A stretch of DNA of 63,716 nucleotides, filler included, from Asterionella formosa (Eukaryota), in the NCBI GenBank assembly GCA_002256025.1. It is 7 parts of 7 records of this genome, joined end to end, with 100 filler letters (N's around TTAATTAATTAA, not from the genome) between each part and the next. Parts side by side here need not be neighbours in the genome. Positions count along the whole stretch, not along the records: positions 19,552 to 39,002 come from NKIB01003680.1; positions 39,103 to 40,308 come from NKIB01003682.1; positions 40,409 to 41,614 come from NKIB01003683.1; positions 41,715 to 42,919 come from NKIB01003684.1; positions 43,020 to 44,224 come from NKIB01003685.1; positions 44,325 to 63,716 come from NKIB01003686.1; 1 more part is not named here. One strand, 5' to 3'. Position 1 is the stretch's first letter, and every line of letters starts with the position of its first letter. The translations under genes were made by a program, and so were the position numbers. Positions 35,959 to 49,025 of this stretch are shown piece by piece. The notes under the pieces are model-generated. The model did not search any database. It was not told the DNA's origin and saw nothing but the letters and a program-made list of their open reading frames with translations.

Positions 35959-37380
35959 TCACGCTGATATTCTCGGTTGGCACCCCATTGAATCCTGGCT
36001 TTCTTCGTTTTCAGTCGATCCTGATGTCATTTTATTAGACCTGTAACCACGAAAAGATGCTACTTGTTGAATAGTTTCTACGTAGTCATCGCTATCTGGG
36101 TCTCCTTGTAAGTTCCTGTCTAATAAAGATGGATAAGCCTCCAGATGACCAAACATATATCATCCACAAGTGTAATTCCCCCTTGTTCCATCTCCACAGT
36201 TTTGGCTTGATATTTTATGTTGCTGTCATTGAAAGGGATTAGTAAACAACTCCGAAGGTAAAATGCCTGGCAAAAGATCCTGAATGTACCCTATTAAATT
36301 GCATTGGAAGGATGTATACAACTTTTTGTGTTCCTTAGACCGTCCGATAGAATTAACGTAATTTTCTTTCGAACATGTGGTACTAGTCTACTGCAGAAAA
36401 GATTGGATGATTGTCCTCGTCTGTAAAATTTTGTAGAAATTCCAACATTGTCAGGTCATAAGTTTTTTGATCCTCCAAATTTTTGAGGTGAATGATAGCG
36501 TCATGAGGACGTAAGTTCCTTAAAAGAATTGTGTTCTGTTCAAATTGCCATTGTCTTGTGGTGAGCATGGGTACAATCTTCATTTGTTGCCTGTTCTCAT
36601 CTTTATTAACCCTGTTGTTACCATAATCGATCTGGAGAGCGTTACAGAATTCATTATAATAATCTTTGCAGCATCAAATTAGATTTACAAATACGGACCC
36701 ATCACCCGATGCCCCATGAATTTTTGAATAGCTAATTTTGATCTTAACAGGTCCATCCTTTTTATTAATCTGTAATTTGGTTTCAATGTGACTGTGTTGC
36801 CAAAATTTTCCTATCTTCATGTTCCAGCGAACCATATAGTCTTCCAGCATTTACTGTTTGAGATAGACGAAAGACCAATTCTTGAATATGTAAGCTGGGA
36901 TGGTTCAAGGATAACTTTTGCATAGTCGATGTTGTTGTTCCACCAATTTTCGCCTTGATTGAACCAAAAAAATTCTCTCTGCTGGACATGTTGCCCTTGT
37001 TGATTTATCTCCTAATCAATTTTGCCTCTACCGATTTTGGTAACATACTCTTTGTGCGCGTAATAATAGGCAATGTATCTTCATGGTACAGTGGATAGAT
37101 ATGTTTGTTGTAGATTTTAATATCGATTTCATCAAGGCTCGAAAGATTGTCATAATTATTGATTCATCGGTGGAAGTCGTCTCCAGATAAATGCGAAAAT
37201 CGTAGAATTTTACCGTCGAAGATTGCTGCACTGGTTTTGCGACCTCCACTTCATTTAACCTTGAACTAATATCGATTCATCGGTGGAAGTTGTCTCCAAA
37301 GAAATGCGAATATCGTAGATTTTTACTGTCGAAGATTGTTGCACTGGTTTTGCGAGCTTCACTTCATTCAACCTTGAAAA
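35959..37380 (-). mobile_element. Decayed ORF, possibly ORF1 of a diatom non-LTR retrotransposon; includes a 113-bp tandem duplication (37161-37378)
   Basis: A chain of short same-strand ORF pieces (e.g. LTMLEFLQNFTDEDNHPIFSAVD). The duplication is seen directly; the family assignment is weak. Confidence 0.3.
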
Positions 37381-38125
37381 ATTGTGTTCTTTTGTATATT
37401 ATGCAAGAGCAGTTCTTCACAAAGAATTCAACAACCTCTCCCGAATATTCTTAGTTCAAAATTAGGCTCCAAATGCAGGTTTTTAGGAAAATACTGATTT
37501 CCTCCTTGAAGAATCGGCGAAAATGACAAAAAGTGGCTGGGCAGCAATAAATTCACACATTTTCCCCGGTGTAGCTGGGTCTGCAGCAGCACCCCGCCAA
37601 CCAACAGCGTGGCCACGTCTTTGCCACAAAAAGCACAAACTAAGATCCACAATGTCTTCACAGGTCACATAACAATGATGGGAAGAATTGACACACTCCA
37701 GCACTTTCAGCACCTCCAAGCACCACTATACACTCACCCACCCCTAGAAAGGCCGGCGGTCGACAAGGTGTTCACAAAACCACCATCCCCGCTTGACAGC
37801 TCCAGAAGTTCATACTTATTTTATGCTGATATAGTATTGTCGAAACCCAGGCTGTTCATACCAGGAAGTGCGACGTGAAGTTGCCCTATCCCCAATAAAG
37901 TACTATTTTTAAGGCGCTATAAAAGAGAAGTTATCAATTAAACATGAGCGGCCTCCAAAATAATCCCCATCTTGCATACACTATGCCAAAAACCCGTTCA
38001 ATTAAATTTGTTTCCCCCAGAAAAAATTAATTAAGTAAATGCTTGAATGGATCCCTTGTCATAAGAAACTGACCAGGCCATGGTGAAACTAATGAAGCAA
38101 GCCCTGGAACAATGGCTGAGGTTTC

Positions 38126-38400
38126 TCAATATATTATAAGCATATTGAGACATTCGAAACATTGCATGGAAAGTGACAGCATCAAGCGTTTGGAACTTGA
38201 GCATGAATTGGTCGTGAAATGAGGAATAAAGTTGAACTCTTCTGTGGCGATAATCTCTGATCTTTTCCTTCCTTTCTTCTGCTTCTTCGTTGTCTCCATA
38301 TCTTGCACTTTTTGCTGTTATTATGGCGAGGGCAGTATATCCCAAAAACGGACTGAAGTTGTCCATTGACGTGATGGAATGTTTTTTTACATTTGTCATG
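38126..38400 (-). mobile_element. N-terminal fragment of a PIF/Harbinger-like transposase
   Basis: LDAVTFHAMFRMSQYAYNIL matches the F...FRMS...F..L motif. Confidence 0.5.
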
Positions 38401-39102
38401 TATATCATGCACTTTTAATGCTGCTCCCCTGTATCACAGAATAACATTTGACTGTTGGGAGCATCAACCCAACATCCAATTAAAATGCATGAAATTACCA
38501 CAAAACCCATACTGACACATTCACAGGCGGATTATCAATAATTCATGATAAAGACAGGCACGCTTTGGGAAACAAATGTGATAAAAAATGTCTTTCATCA
38601 TAACATGTTGTATCAGAAACTTTATCACATTTTTTTAATCAGCCGAAAGGAAATGAACCTGAGTGACCCCATCCTCATCCCAGCCAGCATCCCAGCTATG
38701 AGTATGTATGATGTAGCATACCAGTATAAGCATGACAAAGGAATGATACCAGGTACCGGTACTATGTATGGACTCACATAACATACATGGATACGTGGAC
38801 AATATAGCTACTAACTGTCGTATAAGTTTACTTACCATTTGTGTTTCCACACATGTTACAGCAACCGAGATACCGCTACCACCGGTATGTCATAGGAAAG
38901 AAGCAATGGTATTTTAAAACCGGTATACATACCGGTAATGCTGTGGATAACGATGTGTTAACTTTTGGCATAAACCCCAAGAGTTAATCCCGGAGCATCA
39001 GTNNNNNNNNNNNNNNNNNNNNNNNNNNNNNNNNNNNNNNNNNNNNTTAATTAATTAANNNNNNNNNNNNNNNNNNNNNNNNNNNNNNNNNNNNNNNNNN
39101 NN

Positions 39103-40020
39103 AAGTGGTTCAACATATTGATGAAAATCCTCTTCACTTAAGTTAGGAAATGAGAAGTTTGAGTGTGGGTAGATGATATTTGTGGTGGGAGTAGCAATTC
39201 CACTAGGATTCCTTCCATATTCAGATCGAATCTTTTGTGAAAGTCCAGTGTAGATTTCCTTATTCCATCAAAATATATCATTGATTTTGCCTTGAAAAAC
39301 CATTTCATTAGATGATCAAAGGAAACTGGTGGAAGGTAATTCTCGTTAATGAATAACACGAGTTCTAATTCTATTGGATGCGCGCATGTTTAGATAATGT
39401 TTACTTGGAAGTTGAAATTGAGGAGGAAGGGGCATTTCCATTGCATTTTCAGGGAGACAGCCGGTGCGATATTGGAAATCTGAATATTGCATGGTCTCTG
39501 AATTCAATCCTAGGAGAGTTTTTAGTCTCAATTGTTCGTCCTCTTTTGAATGAATATTGTTATAAACTGAATCGTCGCTGTTGTCATGAAATGGATGATT
39601 TTAGCCACTTGATTCAAGGATAGGACAAATAATCACTTCTTGTTGTTTACTCTCCCTAAATGCTGCAGCAGTTACACTGCCATAATTAACTTCTTTCCTT
39701 GAACGATTCGATGCATGACCACAATACATAGTTTCATTATGTATTCCAGGAACTCCATGTTCTTGTATGAAATGTCGACAGTAACCATATGCATAAAAAA
39801 CACGGTTGCTACAATTTCGATTGTGAGACTCAGATGGGGATTTGTTCTTCCGAAATTTGTAGTTACACAGATAACACCATTGCACTGTCCGCAAAGATAT
39901 TACAAATATCAAATAATGACCAAGTCAGGATATGAACAGGAAATAAATAAATTAAGCATCACTCCAAACAAGAGGTGCTGGACAATACAGAATCGTGAAA
40001 TTATCACTCCACCATAGTAG
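39103..40020 (+). mobile_element. Heavily decayed Ty3/gypsy-like RNase H-integrase remnant
   Basis: EEEGAFPLHFQ linker and integrase-like pieces resembling the next contig's layout. Confidence 0.4.
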
Positions 40021-40408
40021 TAAAAATGGAGGTATACTGCTACATATAGTACAAGCGGCACTAATAGTAATAGTATATATATATCAATCATTTTTATAGC
40101 GCCGTAGTATAGAGCAGAATCAATGTTTTCCTTACATCTATGATATGGTTTGCATTGTAGAAGTCTCACACTATCTATATTTAATATGTAACAACGAATG
40201 CATTGAATTCTATTAGATCCATTCAAAATCAACATTGTCATCAATGTCCTGTTGATTAATGTGGTCATTGTAATCAATATTCTTCTCAGGAACATTTGGT
40301 TGAAGTGGNNNNNNNNNNNNNNNNNNNNNNNNNNNNNNNNNNNNNNNNNNNNTTAATTAATTAANNNNNNNNNNNNNNNNNNNNNNNNNNNNNNNNNNNN
40401 NNNNNNNN

Positions 40409-41614
40409 ATACGCACAGAACATTTGCACAATGGTTTGTTATATTTTGATACACCTATCAAGGATTATGTTTACACATGGAACATTCAAGCTCCTAACTA
40501 TACAGATACGGAAATATGCTGTTATGGCTGAAGTCATCCAGCACCATTCTATATGAAATGGTCTATTGAAGAAACTGACTCCATGGGATATCGATAAACT
40601 CCAACCGACTTCAAAATTTTGGTCGTCAAAACTTAAAACAGGATTGAAATGGAACTAGTCCATTTGTATGGTTACCTATGCATACATCAACAAACTTTTG
40701 CATCAATGAAAGCATTGTTAGTTGCAGATACACGCATGAGTTATCCTGATCGTAATTTTCCTTTCCATATTTTTTGCTTATGTTTCTGATTTTCAATTAA
40801 GAAACTTTCAAAGAATTTCGCTCTATGTCATTGAATGCGGTTCTACATGTTCACACTGAACATCATATTTTTATCTTTATTACCCTACACAGAAACTCAG
40901 CGTGTTCTCCGGTGGAGGATTTATATTAAAGAATATCTTCTCACTTTTCACAATATGAAGGGTACTGATGATGTCAAATATTACAGATTCTATCTCTCGC
41001 CTCCCGAGGCTTGAGTCTTTGGTGGGGGATGATATTGGACCGAAATCTTCAGCATCAACATCCATTTCTACTTTCTCAATTGAAGTAGATGATGAACCTT
41101 TGTTTACCTGTTCCCTCAATCATCCAATTTTGGCAGACAATATTCAATATCCTCTGGAATATTACTCAATACATGATAGACAATTGCTGGATATACAATT
41201 GATTCTCAATCAAACAACTCATCTCATTCTCAATCAACAAACCAAACACATCCGTTAAAATTTCCCTCTATCAATTTTCATCATATACATTTAATGTATT
41301 TTGTGAAGAATCCAGGAGATACTTGACGTATTGTTATTCCTACATCACTATCGAATCCTATTATTTATTGGTATCATCAGATGTTAGCTCATGTGGGTAT
41401 GACAAGATGAAATGCCACAGTTTCTACACATTTTTACTATCCTCCATTAAAAGCAAGAGTGGAACATATTGCAAGCATATATGAAACATGTCAAAACGTA
41501 CAAAATTACCTGATGCTTGGTTTTGGTGAACTTTCACCAAGGAATGCATTGTTATTACAATGCTCAGAAGTCACAGTGGATTTCATTGGTCCATGGAAGA
41601 TAACAGTGACTGCA
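40409..41614 (+). mobile_element. Degenerate Ty3/gypsy pol (RT connection-RNase H-integrase)
   Basis: FASMKALLVADTRMSYPDRNFPFHIF; TQRVLRWRIYIKEY; LSRLP; WYHQMLAHVG..HFYYPPLK..C; VDFIGPW. Confidence 0.88.
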
Positions 41615-41714
41615 NNNNNNNNNNNNNNNNNNNNNNNNNNNNNNNNNNNNNNNNNNNNTTAATTAATTAANNNNNNNNNNNNNNNNNNNNNNNNNNNNNN
41701 NNNNNNNNNNNNNN

Positions 41715-41841
41715 AAAGAAATATAGCACGTTACTTTGTCTATGACAAGAAAATTATTGGGTGTTTGGTTCCACCTCGAGAAAAATGTACAGGGGGGTCC
41801 AGCAACCATAGGGGGGGTCCAGGACAATGAAGTATACGGTA
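41715..41841 (-). mobile_element. End of Tc1/mariner(pogo)-like element at contig edge
   Basis: Reverse complement of 19301-19427. Ends ...GAAGTATACGG|TA. Confidence 0.8.
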
Positions 41842-42626
41842 ATTATACAAAGATATGTGTGTAAACATATCTAGATATGCACATAGCAATTGGTCTGTTG
41901 ATCTTGATTGATCCATGACATGATCATACAACATTCATCATATATTATCAGTAGTCTACGGTAGTCTACAGGAAATATGAAACCTGCAAACAGATTCTCC
42001 TACATGTTATTCATATTGGACAAGAACAAATGAACTGTTTACGAGTATGTACTAAAATATAAAGTATATGTCATACATAGGGATGCTATTTGTGAAAAAC
42101 AAATGAGGTTCCCAGAACGCTAATATTCCTTTAGTACCGGTAGTCTTGTCAAAAGTACCGATATATTGATTTACAGATCAGATAGCTCGCAGAGTTTTGT
42201 CGTGCCAGTACCACATCGTTACCAGTATTGGTACCTGGTACCACAGCAAGAAATTGGGGAATTAACTATCATTCCAATGAAGTAGCTCATTTGTCTCTAA
42301 TTCACTGCTAGCACTTGTTGTTATTACAACTCCGTTTTCGATATAGTTTAATGTAGTCCTTCATCTGGTGCAGCCAACATGGTGGATGTGATGGATTTGT
42401 TGCTGTTACTAAGAAGTATAGCAATGATGATAATGTGAGTTGAGCTACACAAGGGCGGAATCTCGAGGTTTCTACTGTTAATAATATCAAATATTATTTT
42501 ACTATAGAAAAGAAGGATGAGCATGATTCATAGGGCCATCATAAATACTCAATGAGTCACTGACGATGTGAGCACAGAATTGTTTCAATTTTATTATAAA
42601 TTGACAGTGCCTCTAGCTATTCTTGC

Positions 42627-42919
42627 TTCGTCTATTTTGCTAATGGAGTGGATGTAAAAATGCACCTTTGCACTGGTGACTGAAGGTAATCTTAGTATAG
42701 AGGCTATGTTGTCGAATTCTGTGCTGGTTAGTATCAGGTAGTAGCTAAACATTCCACTATTATATTCGTCCACTCCTTTAGAGACTCTTCGTCTATTTTT
42801 GCTAATGGAGTGAATATCATAAAAATGCACCACCCTTTGATGTCCTGGTGGCTGAAGGTAATTTTAATATTTAATCCTCTAAAAGTGCTGCCCATGTTGT
42901 CGATTTCTGTATTGGGTAG
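42627..42919. repeat. Diverged tandem duplication, period ~160 bp
   Basis: TTCGTCTATTTTGCTAATGGAGTG..AAAAATGCACC..CTGAAGGTAAT..ATGTTGTCGA occurs twice. Confidence 0.75.
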
Positions 42920-43630
42920 NNNNNNNNNNNNNNNNNNNNNNNNNNNNNNNNNNNNNNNNNNNNTTAATTAATTAANNNNNNNNNNNNNNNNNNNNNNNNN
43001 NNNNNNNNNNNNNNNNNNNTTATACTTTGATACATTAGCACATACCATTAGTCTAACAACGTAGACAACGCATGGATCACTTCCTCCCGCCTCCGGCAAT
43101 CATCATTACCAGGTACCACCGGGTATATCATAACACTCCCATCGTGGTGCTCGATCTTAAAATGATACCTTTTCATTTATTATACTGGTACCAGGTACTG
43201 GTCGACCCTGGCACCAAAACTAGAGTCTATACGCACGCCTTATTAAGGTTCCTGCATTTGAACCCCTAGGCAAAAATTAAAATATTGCTTAGGGTTGCCG
43301 AAATTCCCTGGAACTAAGAACTTTTATATGCTAATTTGAATATCAATGATTCCGTTTGAAAAATTCAAATGAGTGGAAATTTGCGCGTACGTATATAGAT
43401 TCCATTTCAAATGCATAAAATATGTAAAGATAGATTCTTCATCGATGAATGTTTTATATTGCTACTCTACCGATAGTATACCTACTCGTATCATAAATAT
43501 GTGTCACATGCACGACCCGGCGGCTGCAAAATATATTTGAATGTGCAAACTATCGGTACTAAGGTACTGGTTAGCGTGCACTACCATTTACTATGACGAA
43601 TGATGATCAGTTACCTGGAACCGGTAGGTC

Positions 43631-43732
43631 TACCCGGTACTCGGTATTCCTACTCCGTACGGATTCCGGTATACGGGTAAACCTACCCGGTACTCGATAT
43701 TCCTACTCCGTACGGATACCGGTATACGGGTA
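43631..43732. repeat. Two tandem 49-bp units (period 53) with TACCCG...CGGGTA ends
   Basis: 43631-43679 and 43684-43732 differ at 2 positions. Confidence 0.85.
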
Positions 43733-44096
43733 GGATCGGCCAACACCCAAGAAAATGCTTCATGTGTATCCAGTGTGGCCGGCGTGGGATTGCACGACCT
43801 CGCAAACCGTGCCAATCGAACGGATGTAAGGATAACCAATAAGAATATGATTATTACAGCGGGCAATTACATTGGAACTTTTTGTACGCGAGATTTCACG
43901 ACTACAAATTTTAGCACAAGACTACCATTCCGATGATGACGTTTCGGCGATTAGTGATTCTGATTCCGACGTTTGGGTGACCGTTGAAAAGGCCGATATT
44001 GTCGAATTTTTGGACGACGATAGCTCAACGTTGGCAGGGTTTGAAGAAGAGTTAAGTACATAGGTAATCTTCATATAGCCCCAGAAGTTAACTTTC

Positions 44097-44219
44097 GGCG
44101 AGAAACTGCAGAAAGGAACTTCGGTTTTTTTACTAGGCCAAATAAACGAGTTAGCCCGGTAAAATCCACTATTTTCAGCATAGTTAAAAAACCGAAGTTC
44201 CTTTCTGCAGTTTCTCGCC
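44097..44219. repeat. Perfect 34-bp inverted repeat with 55-bp spacer (mini-MITE/foldback)
   Basis: GGCGAGAAACTGCAGAAAGGAACTTCGGTTTTTT at 44097-44130 and its reverse complement at 44186-44219. Confidence 0.85.
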
Positions 44220-44326
44220 AGATCNNNNNNNNNNNNNNNNNNNNNNNNNNNNNNNNNNNNNNNNNNNNTTAATTAATTAANNNNNNNNNNNNNNNNNNNN
44301 NNNNNNNNNNNNNNNNNNNNNNNNTG

Positions 44327-46002
44327 ATGTGTGTCGAGGGGTTTTCTATCGCACAAAAAGCAATGAATTTCAAGCGCCTTACGTTGAAACTGTCCGTATC
44401 AACGCGTTCTTGGTCTGCTGGCGACGATTGGACCCGTCTTTCAGATATGGACAATATAGCACCGGAATCTGATGATATATTCAATTCAGACATCGCAAGG
44501 AAAGCAGCAAATGAAATAGATTCAGGCCAGAAAGTTCACCAGCAATCGAACGACGATGCAATCATTGCTAGGATGATGGATGTTGTCCATCATCATGGCT
44601 GGTACGTTGAACCCGAAGCCGGCGATCCAGCTTTATATGATTCAAATGCTGAGGAATTGACCAAAATGTCGTTCGAAGACGAAATGGGTAGAGAAATCGC
44701 GATGCTGGTTCGATGTAACCAATTGCCAGAAGACATGTTGATAAGTGAGGGACGGGCATTGGCTCCACTTTCCAAAGAACAACTCAATGACATTTCACAG
44801 CTCATGACGGAAAAAGAGGATAAAAGCTATGAACAAACTGAATTTTTCCGTACGGCCGTCTCCTTCATGTTTAATGAGCATTCTCATTTCGACAACACTG
44901 CGGAAATTTTCATTATGGATGCTATGGGGACGACACAATGGTTGGCCAAGAGTATTGGAAAGAATGAAGAACCGGTGATCCGTCCACATGACCGTCTCGT
45001 AGCGGCTACAATTTCTCGATTTTCGAACCATGGAACTGGATATCTCACTGAAGAGAATTTTCAGCAACTGTATAGGTCGGCCTTCATGTCTACGATCGAT
45101 GGATCAAGATTAAAAAACAAGAAGAAGTGGAACGTCAAGCAGCCTACTGTTGACACTATTTGGCGGGACATTCGCAATCATGATATTATTTCTCCAGTTG
45201 AAATGGAAAGAGCGAACCGATTAGCGGCGATTCGCATGAAGTATGGAACAGCCATTGGTTTTGATGCTCCGCAGGACATGAACTCAATGGACGAGTGCGA
45301 AATTATCGATGTTGATTACGACACAAAACCACAGTGGGAGAAAAAGAGTAGTCACGAACTCATCGCACTTGCCAGCGACGGAAAGACACCACTTTGGATG
45401 AGAGATGGAGAGTTCATCTTTATCGATGAGGAATCATGCATTGGTTGCAAACAGTGTGCACATGCCTCGCCCGACTCGTTTATGCTCCTGGATAACGGCA
45501 GAGCCCGAACGTTCCAACAACGAAATACGCCTGACGTTGCCATGGGAGTCGAAGCCTGTCCAGTAAACTGTATGCACCCTGTTTCGTTCGAGGAGTTGAG
45601 AGAGATGGAGACGGCCCGGGATCATGGTGACGGGAGAACAGATCATAGACATTTTGGAGATGGCCGTGCGCACACTGCGCTAAACGTCGCTGGCATCGGG
45701 AGCGACGCAAATCACAAGAGTTCTTGGTTTCACTATTTAAAGAACAAATGTTACAGTAAGTGAGACGTTGTGTGGTGAAAGATCTGTTGCGACTTTGTGC
45801 TCACTTTTGTCATACTATCCCTTTTCCCTATGTAGTGTCCAAAAGTTGCCCCCAGCGCGGCTGCTTCAATTGTCCAAACTACAGCAGCCCTGGCCAAAAT
45901 CCATACTTCCAAGCCAAGCATCAAGACGCGGAACATCAACGAGCATCTGAATTCATTGAAAACGGAACGGCAGAACCTTTTCGCAAGACTTTGGAACTAT
46001 GA
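44327..46002 (+). CDS. Ferredoxin-domain protein (domain of the DnaJ-Fer type); exons <44327-45755 and 45836-46002; probably 5'-truncated and plastid-targeted
   Basis: FIDEESCIGCKQCAHASPDSF..GRAR..ACPVNCMH. Intron 45756-45835 (GTAAGT...TAG) restores the frame into SKSCPQRGCFNCP. VEG|FS at the contig edge. Confidence 0.85.
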
Positions 46003-46058
46003 GAGGGTCACGACAGTAGCAAACAGTTATTATAAGGTTTGAATTTAAATAGAGAATA

Positions 46059-49025
46059 CTACGATACATAATCTGACGAAACAGTAACCCACGTTTCATC
46101 TGGTTCGTCACCTTCACCTTGTCGCTGTGACCCAGAATCATTTTTGGCCTTATTCATTGAGTTACTGCCACTGCGGTTTGCCGAATTCAAGAGTGCGACG
46201 CCACCAACCACTGCACCAACAACAGCAAGGCCGCCTCCAACCCATTTGAAGAGTTCGCTTCCACCATCGTCAGTACATGTAGGTTCATTCTGTCCGGGTT
46301 GGTCTTCTGTATCACGGGTGCTAGTTCTTGTGGCACTTTCGCTCGCTTGCCGATTGCGGGCTACTTCGGGCATAATATGAAGAGTTTCAATATTGCTATC
46401 GTTGTCGTCATGCATTTCTTCCCATGAGCTACATTGTGACATCACCCCATAATTCTCATCGGTATCGATTGTTGTACTTTGGACATCACTAGTAACTTTT
46501 GCCTCGATGATTTCATCGGTTTCGTCATGAGTAGGTTGCTCGACATTCGAGATTGCGCAATGTAGACTGTTTCGTACGCCTTCGATGATGTTACTGCTTG
46601 GTTTGCTTCTGCCGGAAAGCATCACGATGAATGAAGCTTTCTCTGATTCGGATATTAGGCCGCGTTCGTATGTGTCTGCAATCAATTCCATTAGTGACGA
46701 GAGGTTGTCCTCGGGTGCACTCATTTCTGATTGGTTGCCTTTTTTAGACGGGTCATATTGTTTTCTTGCTGGTGTAGGTGCATCGAGCTCCTCTGTATAG
46801 ATAGGTCCGGATTCCTCTTCTTCCGTGATCTCGACTATTTCGACCGTTGATGTTGTTGTTACTTTCGGTCCTTCGAAACCCCAGGCCCACCCTCTCCCGG
46901 CCACGAGAGCGAAAAAACCCATCACAGGATCGAACACTGGATGAATATTATTCTCATCTGACAAAATTTGTACATTTTTAACGACAATGTTTCCGTTTCG
47001 CAGTACTCCCATCGCTGCACTTGTGTATTTAGTACTTCTCGACTGCGTGCCTCCAGAATGCATGTGTACCAATTCTTGTGTCAATATTGCCAATCCGTGC
47101 AACCAACCATGATTTGAGACTTCCACACCGAGATCAGCCAACGATATAATATGACTAGCAAAGTCAGCGGCAGCAGCAGTTGTTTGAGCACATCGAGCAG
47201 CAATTAAACCCATTTCCAGAGCGGTCACAGACTCCTGCACATTGAACCAAACTTGAAGAATTGTTGAAGGTCGATGGGGCGAATAATTGTCGCCACTCAA
47301 CAATATTGTCATGGCGTCCATACTTTTCGCAATATTAGCAACATTTTGCATCGACTGAAGACTTCGATCAACACTTTCAGGCTGTGATTCATCCGTGGTC
47401 AATCGATGACAGGCTTCCGCCCAACCCAGGACTCTATATAATTCAGTCACAACAAAAGGAAGCAACACAAGAGTTGACGAAAAGGCAAGGGAAGAACCAT
47501 TCAGATATCGGCACAGTAGCAAGATAGTCGCTGGACAACGTCGCAGTATGGCTATCAACAAGGCCGTGTGAGGGGTGGGTGGAACGGTCGCAACAACATT
47601 CTTGTAAGCTTCGACAGCCGGTTTGGCATGCAGGTCCACATCCATGGATGCCAGCATAGCGTTGAGATTTTTTAGGGAATGGTTGGTTTCTTCGCCACTT
47701 TTGCTGTAGTCTGGAGGCGGACGACTAGTAGATTCTGTTGTCGGTGTCTCCTCTTCCATTTGTTCCGTAGTCATTTGAAGCATAGTCCACATTTCATTCC
47801 ACGGTATCTCATTAGTTTGTTGTCCAGCACTTGGCATTGACATATTATTTACGGGACGATTGTTGTTTGTACTGGATTCTGCTGAATTCCCCGGTGGTCT
47901 TGCGAATTCTATGCTTGCGCTTGTGGCCGTTTTACCATTGTGTTCTTGTGGTTGCTGGGTCGGCCTCGTTTCGTTCGCTGTATTAGACCAATAGTCCACC
48001 AACCATCGCAACATGGCCAATTGTAGCATTTCATCTTGTTGCACATTTTGGCTTACATTGGCCAGGACATCTCGCAAGGTCAATCGAAGAGCATGTCTAG
48101 TAATGGTAGTCCACGCTCCCAGTGATACCAGTAGCGTCCCAGTTGACAAACAAAACGGGCCACCTACCTTTGCGACGACACTGAAACGATAATTGTAAAT
48201 GGCCAAAATCAATGAAAAGCCGTAAAATAAAAGAACTCCTTGCTTGTGATTCTCGCGAGGCGTCAGGTGAAAGTACTTGGTGCGGAACGACATGAAGAAA
48301 AAGATGAAGCAGCTAACGGTAAGATTGGCGGACCAGCCTGACTCCACCACTATGATGCTTAAGATGCCCAAAGTGTTGAGTTCCAACAAAGACGGAATCA
48401 ACGAAGAAACAATAAAGATGTTTCTAAGTTGGCGTTGATGCAAATAATCGAGCCATCGAACCGGAGAGGAAGTCAAAAGGTCAAGCAAACTCCGCCATTG
48501 TCGTTCGGCATCTTTGGGAGCCAAGTACACGATTGATACTCCAAAGAGCACAACGATGAACACCGTGCTAGGATGACACCATCGCCATAGCATATCCATA
48601 ACCTGCAGCGCCATTCCAAAAAGGAGCAAAACAACGCCAAATCGCACGTGCAAGTCGAGTTCCCACAGTTGGGACACAAAGTGTTGAACAAAAAAGGCCC
48701 CAAACTGCGAAAGAGGATGATCGACAAGCTTGTTTTTGAGCGTAAAGTTAGTTTGCAATCTTCGCTGCATTAATGAAATGTTTCTTGCGGATGAATTTGG
48801 AGCGGGCGGTGATCTTTTCGCAGAAGACCTTGCCGATGATGCGCTTCTGCGATCTGAGTTGACAGCCGTAGAATTTGTGTACGATGAAGCGGGAAATGTG
48901 TCCTGATCCCCTTGACCGTCCAGAGGCAGCCACGCATCCTCGCTCTCTTCTTCCATCAAAGATGCGACGCGTGAAGGAGGCATAGGTGTTTCTGCAGCAC
49001 CGTTGCCGCTGCGAGATGGCAACAT
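46059..49025 (-). CDS. Multi-pass membrane protein of unknown function (988 aa)
   Basis: Intact long ORF with several hydrophobic segments at residues ~125-305 and a C-terminal GGGLAVVGAVVGGVALL helix. Confidence 0.85.
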   Translation of the reverse strand: MLPSRSGNGAAETPMPPSRVASLMEEESEDAWLPLDGQGDQDTFPASSYTNSTAVNSDRRSASSARSSAKRSPPAPNSSARNISLMQRRLQTNFTLKNKLVDHPLSQFGAFFVQHFVSQLWELDLHVRFGVVLLLFGMALQVMDMLWRWCHPSTVFIVVLFGVSIVYLAPKDAERQWRSLLDLLTSSPVRWLDYLHQRQLRNIFIVSSLIPSLLELNTLGILSIIVVESGWSANLTVSCFIFFFMSFRTKYFHLTPRENHKQGVLLFYGFSLILAIYNYRFSVVAKVGGPFCLSTGTLLVSLGAWTTITRHALRLTLRDVLANVSQNVQQDEMLQLAMLRWLVDYWSNTANETRPTQQPQEHNGKTATSASIEFARPPGNSAESSTNNNRPVNNMSMPSAGQQTNEIPWNEMWTMLQMTTEQMEEETPTTESTSRPPPDYSKSGEETNHSLKNLNAMLASMDVDLHAKPAVEAYKNVVATVPPTPHTALLIAILRRCPATILLLCRYLNGSSLAFSSTLVLLPFVVTELYRVLGWAEACHRLTTDESQPESVDRSLQSMQNVANIAKSMDAMTILLSGDNYSPHRPSTILQVWFNVQESVTALEMGLIAARCAQTTAAAADFASHIISLADLGVEVSNHGWLHGLAILTQELVHMHSGGTQSRSTKYTSAAMGVLRNGNIVVKNVQILSDENNIHPVFDPVMGFFALVAGRGWAWGFEGPKVTTTSTVEIVEITEEEESGPIYTEELDAPTPARKQYDPSKKGNQSEMSAPEDNLSSLMELIADTYERGLISESEKASFIVMLSGRSKPSSNIIEGVRNSLHCAISNVEQPTHDETDEIIEAKVTSDVQSTTIDTDENYGVMSQCSSWEEMHDDNDSNIETLHIMPEVARNRQASESATRTSTRDTEDQPGQNEPTCTDDGGSELFKWVGGGLAVVGAVVGGVALLNSANRSGSNSMNKAKNDSGSQRQGEGDEPDETWVTVSSDYVS

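Noticed and set aside
19301..41841. A 22.5-kb giant transposon bounded by near-identical inverted ends
   Set aside because: The two ends lie on different contigs separated by artificial linkers.
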